This document shows, in pieces, positions 24,724 to 39,000 of a stretch of DNA of 64,000 nt (positions are counted from its first letter, which is position 1; each line of letters starts with the position of its first letter). The position numbers and the translations under genes are program-made. This stretch comes from Haplodiscus bocki (taxonomy: Eukaryota), in NCBI GenBank assembly GCA_965655095.1, contig OZ296656.1, forward strand, positions 71,796,001 to 71,860,000, in the 5' to 3' direction. A model generated the notes under the pieces. That model was not told the origin of the DNA and searched no databases. It saw nothing but the letters and a program-made list of their open reading frames with translations.

Positions 24724-26039
24724 AACACCTATACGGTGTTACTTCCGTCCGTAATCAGTTGCACACTGCAAGCAACTTCTCGCTGGAACTTTTAAGGTGT
24801 GAGCACACACGTCCTGCATGTGGATTGGATAGATTGAGGAAGTTAAAGTCCAAACTAAGTGCAAGTGAGTACAGGAAACTCACGCAAAAATTGGCAGTTT
24901 TTGTGTTTAACCAATTTTGTTTAATTTCGATAACCAAATCGACATTTAGCTCTAAATTTAAATGAAGTATTACAAACGTACGTTTTTCGAAATGTTTGCG
25001 TTTTATGCTGTGAAAAAACCCAATTTCTGCTCGTTTGATGTACGAATTAGCTGGTTTTGGACGTCCCGATCTTTTAATTTTTTGCCTGCTAACTCAGCTT
25101 TTAGTTGAAAACGCTTCAAAAGCCAATAATATAGAACACATTTAGCAAGTTCCATAACCTAATAGGCACTGTGTCAGGAGGGGATCATTTTTAGTTTGTG
25201 TTCTTAAGTCGTTTAACACATATATTTTGCTGTGTTTTTCAACTTTGGTGACTTTTGCCTTCCAAATCAACTTTTTATCAACAAATAAATGACGTTCGGT
25301 AATCACGCACATGCTTCTGCTCTGGAAGCAAACTTCAACAGAGTTTTGTGGATTCCTTTTTGTCAAATTGTCTACTTTCCGAGTCAAGCACGGGTCACTT
25401 AAGCCCTAGTTTGCCTATATTTTCTTGTTCAGTTTCTCAGTGGCTGTGTTGTATTGGCAGGTGTTTACGAAGCACGCTTCCGCCTCTGCGTATAATATGC
25501 AATTATAGTAGTTTCTTTTCAAGTACACTTTTTTTGGGAGGCCTCCAAAGATGGTGACAGCTTTCGAGAATTTTCCTTAGCTCTAGGTACCCAATAACCA
25601 TTGTTCTTGATTCATGGTGTGTTTGAGCATTTCCAAACTATACATGCTAGTCAAGGTCTCGCATATGATGCAGATTTTTTCAGCTCAAAGGCCCAGCTCC
25701 TGTTCGCCAACTCATGAACTTGTAATAATTTGCCACCGCCTATATATTTTCTCTGACAGAAGCATTAAAATTGTGAGCTGGGCCATACTTTATAAGATTG
25801 ACCACTCGGTAATTTGGAGGAACGCTCGAAACATAAGTGATAGTGAAGCAGCAAATTATGAAACCGATGTTCATGGACAGATGTCGAATGTGAATTCAAG
25901 TAAAAAAATTTTATTGTAATTGGAAAGTTTTTGAGGTATGACTTTCAATATGTCACAAATATCATGACGAATGCGCAAGCAAGTGTTATTACAGAGACTT
26001 GAATTTCCGATTTGTTTACCCTGACAATTTCCTAGGTTT

Positions 26040-26127
26040 TGATCAAATAGGTGGGAGTGGCCTAGGCTGGAACCTGGAACCGTTCGCGCTGCAGTCGCAT
26101 ATTCTGCTGACTGTGCCATTGTGTCGC
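26040..26127 (-). mobile_element. tRNA-derived SINE-like head
   Basis: Minus strand TGGCACAGTCAG (A-box-like) ... GGTTCCAGCC (B-box-like) at tRNA spacing; degenerate. Confidence 0.4.
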
Positions 26128-26249
26128 TTGAGAATCAGTGTTTTTGTTTAGAATATCAAGCGAATTAAATATTATTGTGTTTATTGCGCGTAAATGTGCA
26201 AGAAATAACTCAGTTTCTGTACACTTGTTATCAGTAGTATTCATAGTAT

Positions 26250-26680
26250 CGTGACCCCTTCGAAAATCAGTTATATTTGGTCGATTTGTTAGTTAGTATT
26301 CCGTCGGCGCAGGTGTTGCGAAGCACAGCTTCGTCTCTGTGTTAGTTATTCTGTCGTGATATGTCCCTTCAAGAAAGGCACGGTTGTAGAAAACTTGTAA
26401 TCTTCTCTTTGTCCTGCTTTGGGTTCCAGGTTTCACACCTGTACAATAGGACAGACATTACAGTCGCATTGAACATTGAACACTCGCAATTTAATTTAAT
26501 TTTTTTGGCTGATATTTATTTTGCATGAGAGGAGCCGCTGATAATAACCAATTTTTCGATATTCGGTTGAGAATTCCTTGCGTACCGCTACCATCGCTGG
26601 CGGTGATGCTTCCAAGGAAGTGGAAGGATTTCAAATATTCGGTTTCTTCATTGCTATTGCGTAGTGGTACGGGGTTGGCG
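26250..26680 (-). mobile_element. RTE-clade LINE ORF2 C-terminal fragment
   Basis: FHFLGSITASDG..ILNRISK and FNATVMSVLLYRCETW (YLGS and LLYGCETW motifs). Confidence 0.7.
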
Positions 26681-27128
26681 CAGGTAACCATATTTCGCAT
26701 TTGTCGCAGTGGAGTTTTAATCAAATCGTTTTCGATATGTTATCGATACTATTGATCATTTCTTGCATGTTGGGCGCCGAGTCAGACAGGAGGGCAATGT
26801 CACGTGCATGAGAGATTTCTTGGGTTCCAGTCTGACTGCAACATGATACCCGACTGCAACAGCTTGCTTGAGAACGCAGTCGATTGCGATGATAAAGAAA
26901 TTATTTATAAATTACGCACCACACAAATAAATTATATTGTGAAAGTGATACACAGTGAAAAATTTGAAAATTGTTCAGTAAATGAGAGCTCTGTGATGCG
27001 ATTAAGATAGGAATTTCGCAACCCGTTTGAATGCAATTTTGCATGATTTGTTTTAACTTGCAGCAGATTCAATTTCAACTGGTGTGGTTTATGAAAGACG
27101 TATTTTCACGAAAATGTTTGTTGCACAG

Positions 27129-27476
27129 GGCACGGAAGAGTTCAAACCTTTATACCTTCACAGACAGAGTGCTTACCTGATTGGCCGCGACAGACATATT
27201 TGTGACATGCCTCTTCTTCACCCATCAATATCTAAGCAGCATGCTGTTTTGCAGTACAGATCAGTGGCATACACTAAACCAGATGGTACTGCAAGCAGAG
27301 CCATACGACCGTATATCATTGACCTAAATTCACCCAATGGCACCTACCTCAATGGATCCAAGATCGAACCTCAACGCTACTTGGAGCTCCGTGAAAAGGA
27401 CGTCCTCAAGTTTGCCTTCAGTTCCAGAGAATATGTTTTGCTGCATGACAAGTCAAAGGATGATGACTCCGATTAG
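27129..27476 (+). CDS. SNIP1: SNIP1 coding exon 2 (FHA domain); spliced product 264 aa
   Basis: Acceptor ttgcacag|GGC, phase 0. LYLHRQSAYLIGR..HPSISKQHAVLQYR..PYIIDLNSPNGTYLN..LKFAFSSREYVLLH is the SNIP1 FHA signature. Intron 10496-27128 (16,633 bp). Confidence 0.95.
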   Translation, partial: GTEEFKPLYLHRQSAYLIGRDRHICDMPLLHPSISKQHAVLQYRSVAYTKPDGTASRAIRPYIIDLNSPNGTYLNGSKIEPQRYLELREKDVLKFAFSSREYVLLHDKSKDDDSD

Positions 27477-27750
27477 GTTTTCTTGCGATTATTATTTATC
27501 CTGCCAGATGCACAGTCCCGAATCGTTGAATACTGTCTACTGAAACATCGTCCTATGAAGGGAACACTACGAGTCTTTTGTTTTAATTAGTAATGCACGT
27601 GAATTGGGAGTGCAAAAAAAACTTATTTTAGATCTTTTTAAATTGATTTTTTTCTCGAATTTGTTTTCAAAATTATTTCCTAATATGCAGTCAGCCATTA
27701 TTAGTAGTGGCTTCAAGAGCCAAATGATGTTCAGCGAACTAAAGAATCCA

Positions 27751-28120
27751 TACTCAGCGGTTCCTATTAAGAGTCACCCCCCTCCCCCTCGTACTGTCGG
27801 AGCCTCAAAATTGGCAAATTGGCAACCTCTAATTTTGATACCCCTTGGAATGGATTTTTGAATTTTCAAAAATGTAGGAATAGTTTTGCCCTTTTTTGCA
27901 TAATTGAACTTAGCTTAATCTCAACTCACAAAATCTGCCGACCGCAATTGATACAAATGTTCATTGAAACTCGGGTAAATTCCTAATTTGGGACTATTAA
28001 AACTCCTGAATCTGGAAAATTGAACCCCCTTCGTATTAGAACCCCCTCTTAAATGTCAGCAGCTTTCAATCAGAACCGCATCTAAATGTAACCCCGACTC
28101 TTAATAGGAAACGCAGAGTA
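27751..28120. mobile_element. MITE with 25-bp terminal inverted repeats (TIRs) and TA ends (Tc1/mariner-type)
   Basis: TACTCAGCGGTTCCTATTAAGAGTC (27751-27775) vs the reverse complement of 28096-28120 (TACTCTGCGTTTCCTATTAAGAGTC), 23/25 identical. Confidence 0.85.
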
Positions 28121-28326
28121 CTTTATAGTGAAGTTTGCCGAAATCTTCAAGCAATAGTAATTTTAAAATGAGAAAACATACTTTATTTACAATGAGTTAT
28201 TGAGCACGCGAGTAAGCCCTAGATAGATATTGATAACGTTAGAAGGTGCCGTGAAAATGAAATTCAACTGGCATTCAGTTGAAGGAGCAGACACTCCTCC
28301 CGATATGCCTGTAGCTGTCTTTTGTG

Positions 28327-30053
28327 AGTGTCGTCTCACAGCTCCGAACGTTCACGGCTCCGAAAATAAATAAAGTGTAGCTTAACTCCGAATATTTTCA
28401 GTCACGTGAACCACGCGGTGTTAGTTTTCGAACTTCATTTTAAACATTATCGGTCTGCAAAAAAGTACACAATGTTTGAAATTCTTGAAGGTATACGTGG
28501 AAAATTGATTTACCACGAAAATTTGAAAATTTTTTGTATAAAATTAACAAGAAAACCACGCAAAAAATATATTTGGAATGCAATCGCAAATGCGGTACAA
28601 GAATGATAGTTGATTCAAATATTACCAATATTTTATCGCTCCCAACACCTCATAGTCACCCGAAGGAATCTCTGGATGATCTGGCCATGGAGAAAAATCG
28701 AGAAAAAATGAAAAAAGTAGTGAAAAAAGACACAACTCAAAACTTGAAAAATGTTTTCGACAACGTTCTGAAAGAAAATTCCAGACAACTGGCCCGGATT
28801 ACAGATCAGTAAGAAGCAGCCTATACCAAATCAGGGCAAAGAAAGTCCCATCCGTACCACATGAGGTATTTTTCACGTTAAAAATTTCGATATTTTTCTC
28901 TCGAAATATTTTTTAGATCTCTGAAATCCGCATTGAAGGAAGATGGGCAAAAACTTTGGATGGCAAGTGCTTTTTGCTCAAACATGATGCATCAATAGGT
29001 GTTACAATTTTCGCAACCAGGAAGCCCATCTTCTGAACCTTCTGGGGCGATGTACTTCGGTTTTGGGTGATGGTACTTTCAAGGCTACCCCAAAGCCTTA
29101 CGATCAATTGTGCATAATTTTCGGAGATGTTGACGAATATAAACTGCCATTGGTATATTCGTATATGAATGGAAAATCTGTCCCCCAGAATCGATTTCTG
29201 TTGCCAACTTTGGAGAGAAAAAGCAATTTTCGACTCGAAAAATTTTACTGATTATGAAAGAGGAATGATCAGTGCTGTTGAAACTGATTTGCCCGATACA
29301 CACCATCTGGGTTGCCATTTTCACTTTTCTCAGGCAATTTTTTGAAAATTTCAGGAATTGGGACTACAGCATGAATATGGTCAAAAGAATCAATTGCAGC
29401 ACGCAGTTCTAATGATAATGGCCACTGCGTATTTGCCCCCGGCCGAAGTTTGCCCAAAGATGGCTGATTTTTGTTCCCGCCCCACGACCCAGTTATTGGT
29501 TTCGATTTACCCAGGATTCGCCGAAATTTTGAGATATTGTCACCGAACCTGGGTGTGCACTTTCCCGATTTCCATGTGGAACGCTTTTGTTCGAAACGAA
29601 AAAATGAGGACAACAAATGCTTGTGAAGGATGGAACAATTCGTGGAATCGAAAAAATAATCGTACAAGGCCTAATTTTTGGGTATCGATGCGTTTTTTTC
29701 AAATTACAGGAACGAGAAACCCGAAATAAGATTGCCGACCTCAACCGCGGACGCGCCCTTGCCTTGCAAAAAAAAATGGCGAAAATGTAAGTCCCAAATT
29801 TTGGCGCTCAAGAATTCCCTTACCTTGGGAAATAGATCTGTAGATAGCTATTGGGATACGATGGCCCAACTTTGTAATATAATTTGATACCAATAATAAA
29901 AAAATTGCAATATTTTCCGTATGTATTTAATAATTTTCAGTCAATATTTTTCGGAGTAAAGCTACACTTAATTTTTTCGGAGCTGTGGATCACTTTTTCA
30001 AATTTCGGAGTTGTGAACTACTTCTATTATTTTCGGAGTTGCGGTATGGAATC
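28327..30053 (+). mobile_element. Decayed MULE (Mutator-like) DNA transposon with FLYWCH-type finger and MULE transposase (~28472-29887)
   Basis: YLECNRKC..HSHP, GDGTFK, DYE, GCHFHFSQA, RTTNACEGWN. 51-bp GT-AG intron at 28866-28916. Imperfect TIRs built from CTCCGAA repeats. CTTTTGTG at 28319-28326 and 30054-30061. Confidence 0.85.
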
Positions 30054-33000
30054 CTTTTGTGCATGAGAAACTTTTGCAGAACTCATGCAAAGGCACATCG
30101 CATATTAGTCTAGGTAAATGAATCGACAGCACGAATGTTACAGTCAGCTACTTACTGAGTACAAGTATTGGATTCGTGAAATAAGATGTCAATCGTTGAC
30201 TATTCCTAATGGAAAAAACTTATGTGTAATGCGCAGTATAGCAAAATATTCAAATCAACAGTTGCCTTTTTCTTTGTTCTGTCAATTTCTTATTCTGCTG
30301 TCCACTGTCATCTCTACTTCAGTATTCATCTCCCGTTCCTTTGTATATCATAGTATGGAAGGAATCCGCCGGGCTTTTCAACGGGTTTCCTTTTTCAAAA
30401 AATTGAGGTCTTTTGTAAATGGAAAGAACTGCGAAGCCGTAACTACTGGTGAGTGTAATCTGTGTCTATTATTACGTCTCTGGTCTGCACTCGTTAAAAT
30501 CTAATTGTTGCGTTGTTGCAAATCTCGGGGCTACTATATGTAGCACCGAATTGAACTTCTCTCGGATTGCAGTAATCCCTTGTTGCGCGCCTGCACATGT
30601 TTGGAGAAAAAGTCGAGTTGTTATCATAACAAGACAGCCGGCTACAACCGGCATATTTTGCGCCCTCCAATGCTGCTAAAGACGCCTTTTGAAAGGCCGA
30701 AAGCGTTTTTAAATCAAAATACTCAATCATATTTTCCACTTTTTCCAACATTGAAAACTTTTAACCAAACAAACCTCACAAAAAAGGTTGAAAGGCATTT
30801 CTAAGAAATAATACCATGAGACGCATTCTACGAAAAACTTGTCGCATTTAGGGATTTTGAAAAAAAAATTCAAAAAAATCATCCATTTTTCCAAAAAAAC
30901 CCCGAATTTTAAACGTTTTTTAGAATCTTACTAATCCAGTCGCATTCTGCGGCAAATTTGCTCCAATTCGGTTAAAAGTTTTACGCTGATAACTGTGAAC
31001 AAACATCTTTTAACGTGAACACAAATAGCAAACATCGGGTTAAAATACGCACCCATTTGAGTTGATGATTTTGTTCCCATATTATATAATATGGCGCAAA
31101 CTAGTAAAACTATATTGTGAGAATGTTTTGAGAAGAATACTTGTAGTGATGTAAAGAACTAAAAAAAAATGAATCCTAAAGATATCCATGTAATCAACGT
31201 CCCTACATTTTTTCATCGACTGTCGATCGACAAAACATGTTTTTGAGGTCCAAAAATTCTATTCCAAGTTTTTGTTATGCTCAACACGGAAGTACTAGTT
31301 TGAACTGTAATTTGGAACAACTACAAAGCTGGATGAAAGGGAAAACAGCTATCAATTGCGAATACCTGTACAAATGTGTTAAAGTTTTCAAAATGCTTGT
31401 AACTTGGTGACGAGCAAGAAATCTTAGGAAACTTTCGAGACCTCTGAATGGGGGTATGGGACTACGAGTTTCGAACGATTGTAGTCAGCTTCCACTCGTT
31501 TAGTGAATTGAAAGGTTTAGGCTAGACAAAAACTTGATCATTGATTTTCAATGTTTAACTCAATTACTTTGTAATGTAAAAGATTAGGGAACTCTTCTTT
31601 CCAAACTTCAAAGAAAACTATTCGGATGCTCAAAAGCACAACGATGCTCGATTCTTTTGTAATCAAAAACAATGAAAGAATTCATGGCAATGATTCAGAA
31701 AGTGGTTTTTCAAAAGTTTTCCACGCTTGCTTTGTTAGCCTGTGAACGTTTCCTTTCTGCAACTTAACTGTTTTTGCTGAAGGGGCCAAAAAAATCAGAC
31801 CTATTCTGCTATTTTTGAAGACTGATCGCGAATTGAAAGAGCTTAGCTGTCCCTCAGTTAAAGAACTTAAAAAAACGTTCGTGTCCGAATCACCCTGAAT
31901 TCGAACATTGAAAATACAACGAGAAATTTCGTCATTGTCAATTAAAGTCAGCCTTGTGTAGCTAGAAATTTTGAAAAATGGAATTACAGACAAGAACGAG
32001 TCTTGTATTTAATGCTGACTCAATTTTTGAGCGTTTATATCCAACATCAAATAGTTGTCTGATCATATTGACTACAATCGAAAATTTTTCTTCAATTTTC
32101 AATATCTGAGTATTAACCTGAAAAATCAGCGTCTGGTGCTTTGAATTAGAGGAAAATGAGCCAAAGTCAGTAAAATCAGAGACCCAAGAGACGAATTTAT
32201 TCGACCGACATGAAGCAAAAATCACTGTTTATCTTTTCGTGAACAACTCCTCGCCTATGCCAGGAATGCAGAAAAATTTTCTGAAGTTCCCCACCGTAGA
32301 GAAGGAATTGTGAAGAAGCAGAAAGAACAAAAAATGTTTGTTCTGGATTCTGCGAAAACAACTCAAGTTTCAAGTTCAATTTGGAAACTGATGGGTCAAA
32401 ATGAAAGTTGCTTAATTTCTACTTGCCACCAAAGAAGTGGTAGTGAATTAACTACCAGCAGAACCTTACAGAAACCACTGTAACATGTGCCTGATGTACT
32501 TCATATGCTTTTCATTTTCTCAATGAAATTTGCAATGTATCTACTTGCGCCTTCGAGACTTTTTAAATGTTATTCGACCACAATCCCCGACCTCGCCGAA
32601 CTAAAACCTTGGCGCAAAATATACACAAGGGCTGTCATTTGTTTCAGTTTTCGGGAAATGGTGCATACTTTTCTGTAGTATCCTTTTTCTTGTAATTTGA
32701 TTTGTTTTGAATTGTTTTCTGATCAATTCAGCTTGAAAAGTTCATTTTTTTTGTCAGGCATATTCTCTCAACCATGTTTCTAGAACCACCTAACACACCA
32801 GACGCTTTTACTTGCTGGGAACGAAAAAAAATTGTGCAGACGACTTTCTTTGAAAAGTTGTAATTAAACAAAAAATACTGAAGTCTGAAGTGGTATGTTT
32901 TGTTCAAGCATTCCTAGTTTTCATTTTGATTCGATTTTGTTCGCTAAAATTAGTCTTTCTTGAATACTTTGTGAAGACATGCCATTTCGGAATTCAATTT

Positions 33001-36000
33001 TTGCAAGAAAATTCCGACTACTTTTCTCTATCCAAAAACAAAGAGCAAGAAAGTGCTTAAAACGAATTAATTTCTTATGTCTGAAAAACCGCTCCTGATT
33101 TTGTGAGAACGGGTCTTCTTTGTTGGAAGCTCACATCCAAAAATTTCACACCACAATCCAATAAATTAACCAGTTTAATGGACACCATCAGCGTCAATGG
33201 AGGAGATTGGAGACAAAATTAAAAACGAGTTTATCAAAAGTTTATCAAAAGTCAACTAAAAATTGATAAAGATGCTGCAGGGCTCTACTGACGTCCGAAT
33301 TTTTCTGCGATTTTTTTTGTTGTTCAGATGGAGTCTCCAAAAAACTGCTATTTTTGTTGAACAAAAAGCTGTCTTTTGTCCAGCGAAATCTGCAACAAAA
33401 CGGGTGTTGGCTTACTCTTGACCTAAATATCAAACTTGTAATTCCCTTCACATCTCTTCGCAAAAATTTAGAAATCCAGTTTTCGGTAGGCAATAAAACA
33501 AGGCTAATTTTCTGACAGATTGTTGTACAGTCGTGGTAGCCGAGACATTTGCTCAACTACTCAATGATTACTTGCATCCCAAAACAAGTAAGTTTTTTTT
33601 TGTTTTTTAAAAGGTATAGGCCTTGGATCAGCCGCGCTTCATTGGCCTTCTGTACAAGCTAAAAAGAGGGAAAGTGACCTTGGCGAGAGTAGGTCGCGTG
33701 CATTTGCTGACTCGAAAAGTTGACTTGATCTTAGCAAAAAAGTTGAGAAGTGTGACAAGGAGGTTCTGAGTTTCGTTTGTGAGTGTGCAATCGGTGTTCA
33801 TAACGCCTCAATTGGAATCAATTGGAAAGAGTTACGACCTTATCAAAAAAATCTGAAACTACTTCGTAGGAGATCTATCTCAGGGAAGAGTAAGAAAAAC
33901 GTACTACCCTCCAAAAGTCATGGGTCGGCATTTTTGGAACAGTGGCTTTGGTTAACGTTATCTGACGCAAAACTTTTAGTTAGGAAGACGGAAAAGTTTT
34001 TAATACACCGAAAAGTTTTAGCGCTCAACAAAACAACTGAACGCTAGGAATTTCATCTACACAAGTTGAATAGACGTCAAAGAGTCCCACGTTACTCCAA
34101 AGAAACTTTAACGATACCTCAACTGCAGACAGGAAAAAAGTACAAAATAAAAATTTTCAGGTTTTTGATAATTTTGCAGCAGCACAAAATAAAAAACGAA
34201 GAAACTATGAACGAAACTGGAGTCTCTGACGCGGTGAATTTCACAGTGAAATAACTGTGAACCGAAATGAAAAAAGAATTTCATTTTAAGTTCTGTGTTC
34301 TGAAACAGTGTTCAAATCTTGAGCAAGTCAGAAAACTAGCACAATTGAAACTTTGTCTGCCCAAGAAGACGCTCACATAACATACCAATTTCCAAAAAAG
34401 TGTTCACGATTGAAAATTGAAGTTTGAAGCTCATCCAGACATTGAAATTCGGTAAATCGATGTTGCTTATAGGGACAAAAATGAAAAGTATAATTTTTTT
34501 ACTGGTTTTGAAAATGTTGGCAGTTACAGTTGATGTTCCGATTTCTTCGAGCGGAACCCACGAAAACGAAAATCAGCAGATACCACGTATGAAATCAAGA
34601 AAACACAACTGAAAATTGAATCTAAAAAGCTGAGCTGGGACCGAGATGTGAAGCGATTTCATTAGTTTTGTGATTCCAGAAGGCTTGAAAGTAACAAAAC
34701 CCTTTGTGAAAAGAAGTTTGTTCATCTCAGCAGAAGCGAAATGTTCTAATTGTGTTAAAAACGAATAAACATCTGGGGAAACTGTGGTTATATTCTTTTG
34801 TCATTCTATCACTAAACGTCATGTTTGTTGCTCTTAGCACAAGAGAGACAAAATCGTAACTGAATTGGGTCCGAAAGAAAAAACTCGAAAAATGTCTCAC
34901 TAATCAGTATGTCTAGTCAGACCACCAGAAGTTTGCAAAGGCTAAAATTCAAGCAAGTTGGTTTTGTAACAGGGAAAAAACTGATCAAAATTGTTATAAA
35001 AGAACTTTTAACTTCAAGGTTTCTGAAGATGACGAAGTTTCTAATCGCAAACCCCCAAATTACATTTTAGAGGGTTATGTTGAAGCAGTCTTTTTGGACA
35101 TGTCCTAATGATCACATTGAAGATTTTGCGCAGATATATTTGCATTTAAAGTACACTTAATGCTGAATGCATCAAGGGCTAATTTTTGGCCTTCTTTGAC
35201 AACTTAACCCCACATAGTAAATCCTTAGGAGGTGACCGGCGCTTTGCCATGATGCAGAGACTTTTTATCACACATTCAACATTCCAATGAAAACGCCATT
35301 AATCCAGAGAAGATCAAAATAACAAGGAGGTTGCAATGGAAAAACTGTTTGAGTAAGAAGACGAAGTAGCTACCCCGCCGTATCAACAATTGAGGGTCGA
35401 GGGTACACAAAAATTAAAATTTCATCACCTGAACGGCTTATCCCGAACTTGGATGATGCCCACTCTCGAACTTCTTTGAGGGTAGAGTTGGGCTTGACTT
35501 TATTGCCAACGCTAGCTACATTTATTATAAAAGTATCCCGAAACACTTGGTTTTTGAAGAAACGAGGCCCCTCTTTGCAATCTTCTCAATTGAATAATTA
35601 GGAGAAACTAGGATATATTGATATATTTGGCACATTTTTTACATGAGATTTCTAGTTCTACCAAAATATTCGGGAACACTGGAACACTAATTTGGATGTT
35701 CATCATTTCAACGGAGAAGTGAAAGCATCAATTCTCTCATTACTCGACTTCGGAAAACGAGTGGTTGAATGAAGTCTCGACACAAAAGTTTAAAGAAGAT
35801 ATCACTTTGTGACTTGCAATGAAACAACAGTTAGTAGAAAACATACAAACAAGCCAGTATTAGCAACAAACAAAAATCATTCCAAAACCGAACGCAGGCA
35901 ATCTGAAAAGCTTCAAAAATTCGGAAATATTATCAAAGTGTTTTTGCAAACGTATCACACAACTCACTGGACAACTTAGAGCGATCAACCGTCTTCTTTG

Positions 36001-39000
36001 ACTAAAAAGTACACCCCAATTCACACCCATTTGAAACAATTCACTCGCGTAGAGGGCTAAAGTTAAAAGTAAATGTTTTTGGAGATTGAATTGACATTTT
36101 CGACGAACAAAAAGTTTTATCGAGAAAGAGCTCAAAATATTCCAATCTGCTGGAACAAGATGGCAAAATGATGCAATTAATGCCACAGAGAGACTGTTTC
36201 TGCCTTTTGTCGATCATACACTACGCTCTCTGCTGTAGGATTGTACCGTCACATCTAATGAAATAATTCGGATGGTGTTTGTGCTAACACGGTTCGAATG
36301 AAACAAAACATTCCAAGGAAAGGCAGGCAAAGAAAACAAAAACTGGAGACAAAACAGCTTGTCCAGGACCAGGAAAGAAAATGAATCTAAAGAGTGTCAG
36401 CAGGTTTTCACTATTAGCCGACTTGTCCCGTAATCTTTTCATGTGAAAGAATTGATCAGTGAAATTGGATTGAATTTTTTAATCATTAGCGTCAGGCCAG
36501 AATTTGATTTTCCTCAACAGCAAAATACAAGAAAATACGAAATCACCATAAACCAAGCCAACTTTGTTGATCACAAAATAACTGTCTGTGATCAAATTTG
36601 TACCAACCCTGAAACGATCCTGATTGATGCAGATTACTTTTGACGCTACACTGTGGTTTTGCTGAATGCACTGAAGTCCAAAGGCAGTTTAAATTGGAGC
36701 AATGACAAGGCTTCTAACCTACAACCATTTGTATTCTTTGGTTTGATTCTGTTTCCAAACCAGGGTTTTATTAGCCTAGAATTGACAAACGCACTCCTTA
36801 ACCAAAAATCTATCTTGAATGTAATCAGTCTTCCAGGTTGCACATTCAGTAGCTGGAATTTTTTAAGCGCTGTAATTTACGTTTGACTAATCAAAGTTTT
36901 TCAGAAGACTCCTCAAAACAGGTGTTGAATTTACAGAATCTTTAGATGCATTACTGTTTTGAAAATATCAGCAATGGTTGTTGATGACATCCTTTGGGCC
37001 CATGCTAAACATCCTCCGAATCCTGCATTGTTATTTTTCCTCGAAAGAAAACGGAGTAGAAAAGATTAACATCAGTAGTGGTTTTCCTCTTCATAAAAGC
37101 CTGTGACGTACAGATTTTCTTTACTGTTTACATAGCTGAACGTCAGCGTGCACTTCCAGTTGATACAAAGTAGAACAGACGTCTAGGTTCCCTGAGTAAC
37201 ATAACATTACGCTGTCACCGCTGTTCAGATGTCGGCAAGTGGCGCTTTCGAATACCGATATGAGCCGACATTTAATTCTATGACTTTTTGCAAAATTGTC
37301 TCACCTCGTTTTTTTTCAAGAGTTGATGAAAAAATCCTTGGTTTTTTGTAAAAAGAACGCCGATTATGTTCTCTTACAGTTCTCCTAATTTGAATTCAGA
37401 ATCGACCTTTATTAGAAGTTTTCTCCAAAAGTCGAAAAAAAATTGTAAAACGTTTTCAATAAAGGTATGGTTGATTACAACAATTTCTTCTTTTTGGTGT
37501 CATAAACTTTTGACTATACTGGTTTATCACAGGTCAAAAATTACAAGTTCACATCGAACTTGCTTTTACGGGACATCTCGGTCTTTGTTCTCCACTTCGA
37601 GGGAATTCCACAACACGCAATAATGGGTGATGTTTTTATAGCTGAAAATCGATTGTCTCCAAAAAGCGGCTTAGAATTTTCCATGAGGGTTTCAACCGGC
37701 AATTTTTTGTGTGAAAAATTCCAGTGGGTTGAAAAATTTTTGACTTGGCTCCTTGCGTTGGAAGTTTGATTGTCCCAATACGTCAACAATACCAAAAATA
37801 TTGAGATACATTGCCATTCAAAGTCGGATTTGCCCTTATATGCAGCTTTGAATTCTTTCATCAAATTTTCAGTGGATAATCGTCTCATTTTCGAAAAGTA
37901 ACTTCATTCAAAAAACCACTTGTTTCGATCTTTGTGTCGTTCTTCCGATATTCCGATTTTGCCGAGGAGCATTCTATAGTTTTGAGGACGCTCGATATTC
38001 AACGTCAGTTTTCATTGGCATTTGCTGAACTTTTTCCATGAAAGTCCCAAAAGGCAACGTTAGAGCTCTAGAGTTGTTTTCCCTAGAAACTAGTGATTTA
38101 GTTTCTTGATTCCAAATTTTATCAGATGAGAGCAGCTTGAATTCATTAGTAGTTTTGCATAGTTAAGAATTGATTTCGTACACTGAATTAACAGCTGAAA
38201 CTAAACTTTTCTATTAAAATGGGAGTGTTTGTTGAATAAAAAACGTTAAGTTTTTTCCTGCGTGGAAATTCGGATAGCCTGTAGTTGCCAAAAAACTCAT
38301 GTTAAAATAACTTCTCGTTCAGACCGAAAGTTCTGCCTAGCTACCGGCTTTCCTTCTTCCATTATGGCTTTATTCAACAGACTTCTACTTCTGAATCTTT
38401 ATGCAAAATCAAAATCATTGTTTTTGAACGATGCACCGGAATCTTGAGGGTCCAGAAAAACCAGGACGTGCTACTAATCTTGACATAATTCGACAATCAA
38501 TCTCATTTTTCGTGTTGGTTTCAAGCTTGATTTCTTCCCTCGAGATTTCCAGGGACCGCTTGTTATTTGCCGAAGCTTGTTTCAATGGAAGGACCAAGAA
38601 ATTTGTTCTGTACATTGGAAACCTAATGGACATAAATCGAAAATAGTCTAAGGTAATGGTATTACTGGCATATTTCGAAATTCAAACTCATCTTTGTCCA
38701 TTAAACAGGGTTAAAAATCTCCACAAAAGTGTCACATGACAGTTTTTTACTTTTGACGGAGTATCCAGTTAAAAACAATCGTTTATTTTATTTGCGTGGC
38801 AGTCTTGATAGTAAGAAAATGTTAAAGCGCGCTATCGGTGCTGAAGTTTTTCGCTTCTCAAATCCATCTTTTTTTTTAATATAGATGAGAGATCTTCTCT
38901 GTTGAGAAAACTCTACGTGCTGAGGTTTGTTTTTGAAAAAAAATCACAGATTTTGTTCCGTGCAAAGGATTCTAGTTGTCCTAGAAGTTGAAAAACAGTG

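Noticed and set aside
30770-31105. Possible Helitron-like 3' end (CTAG at ~31101)
   Set aside because: No convincing subterminal hairpin or 5' end identified.
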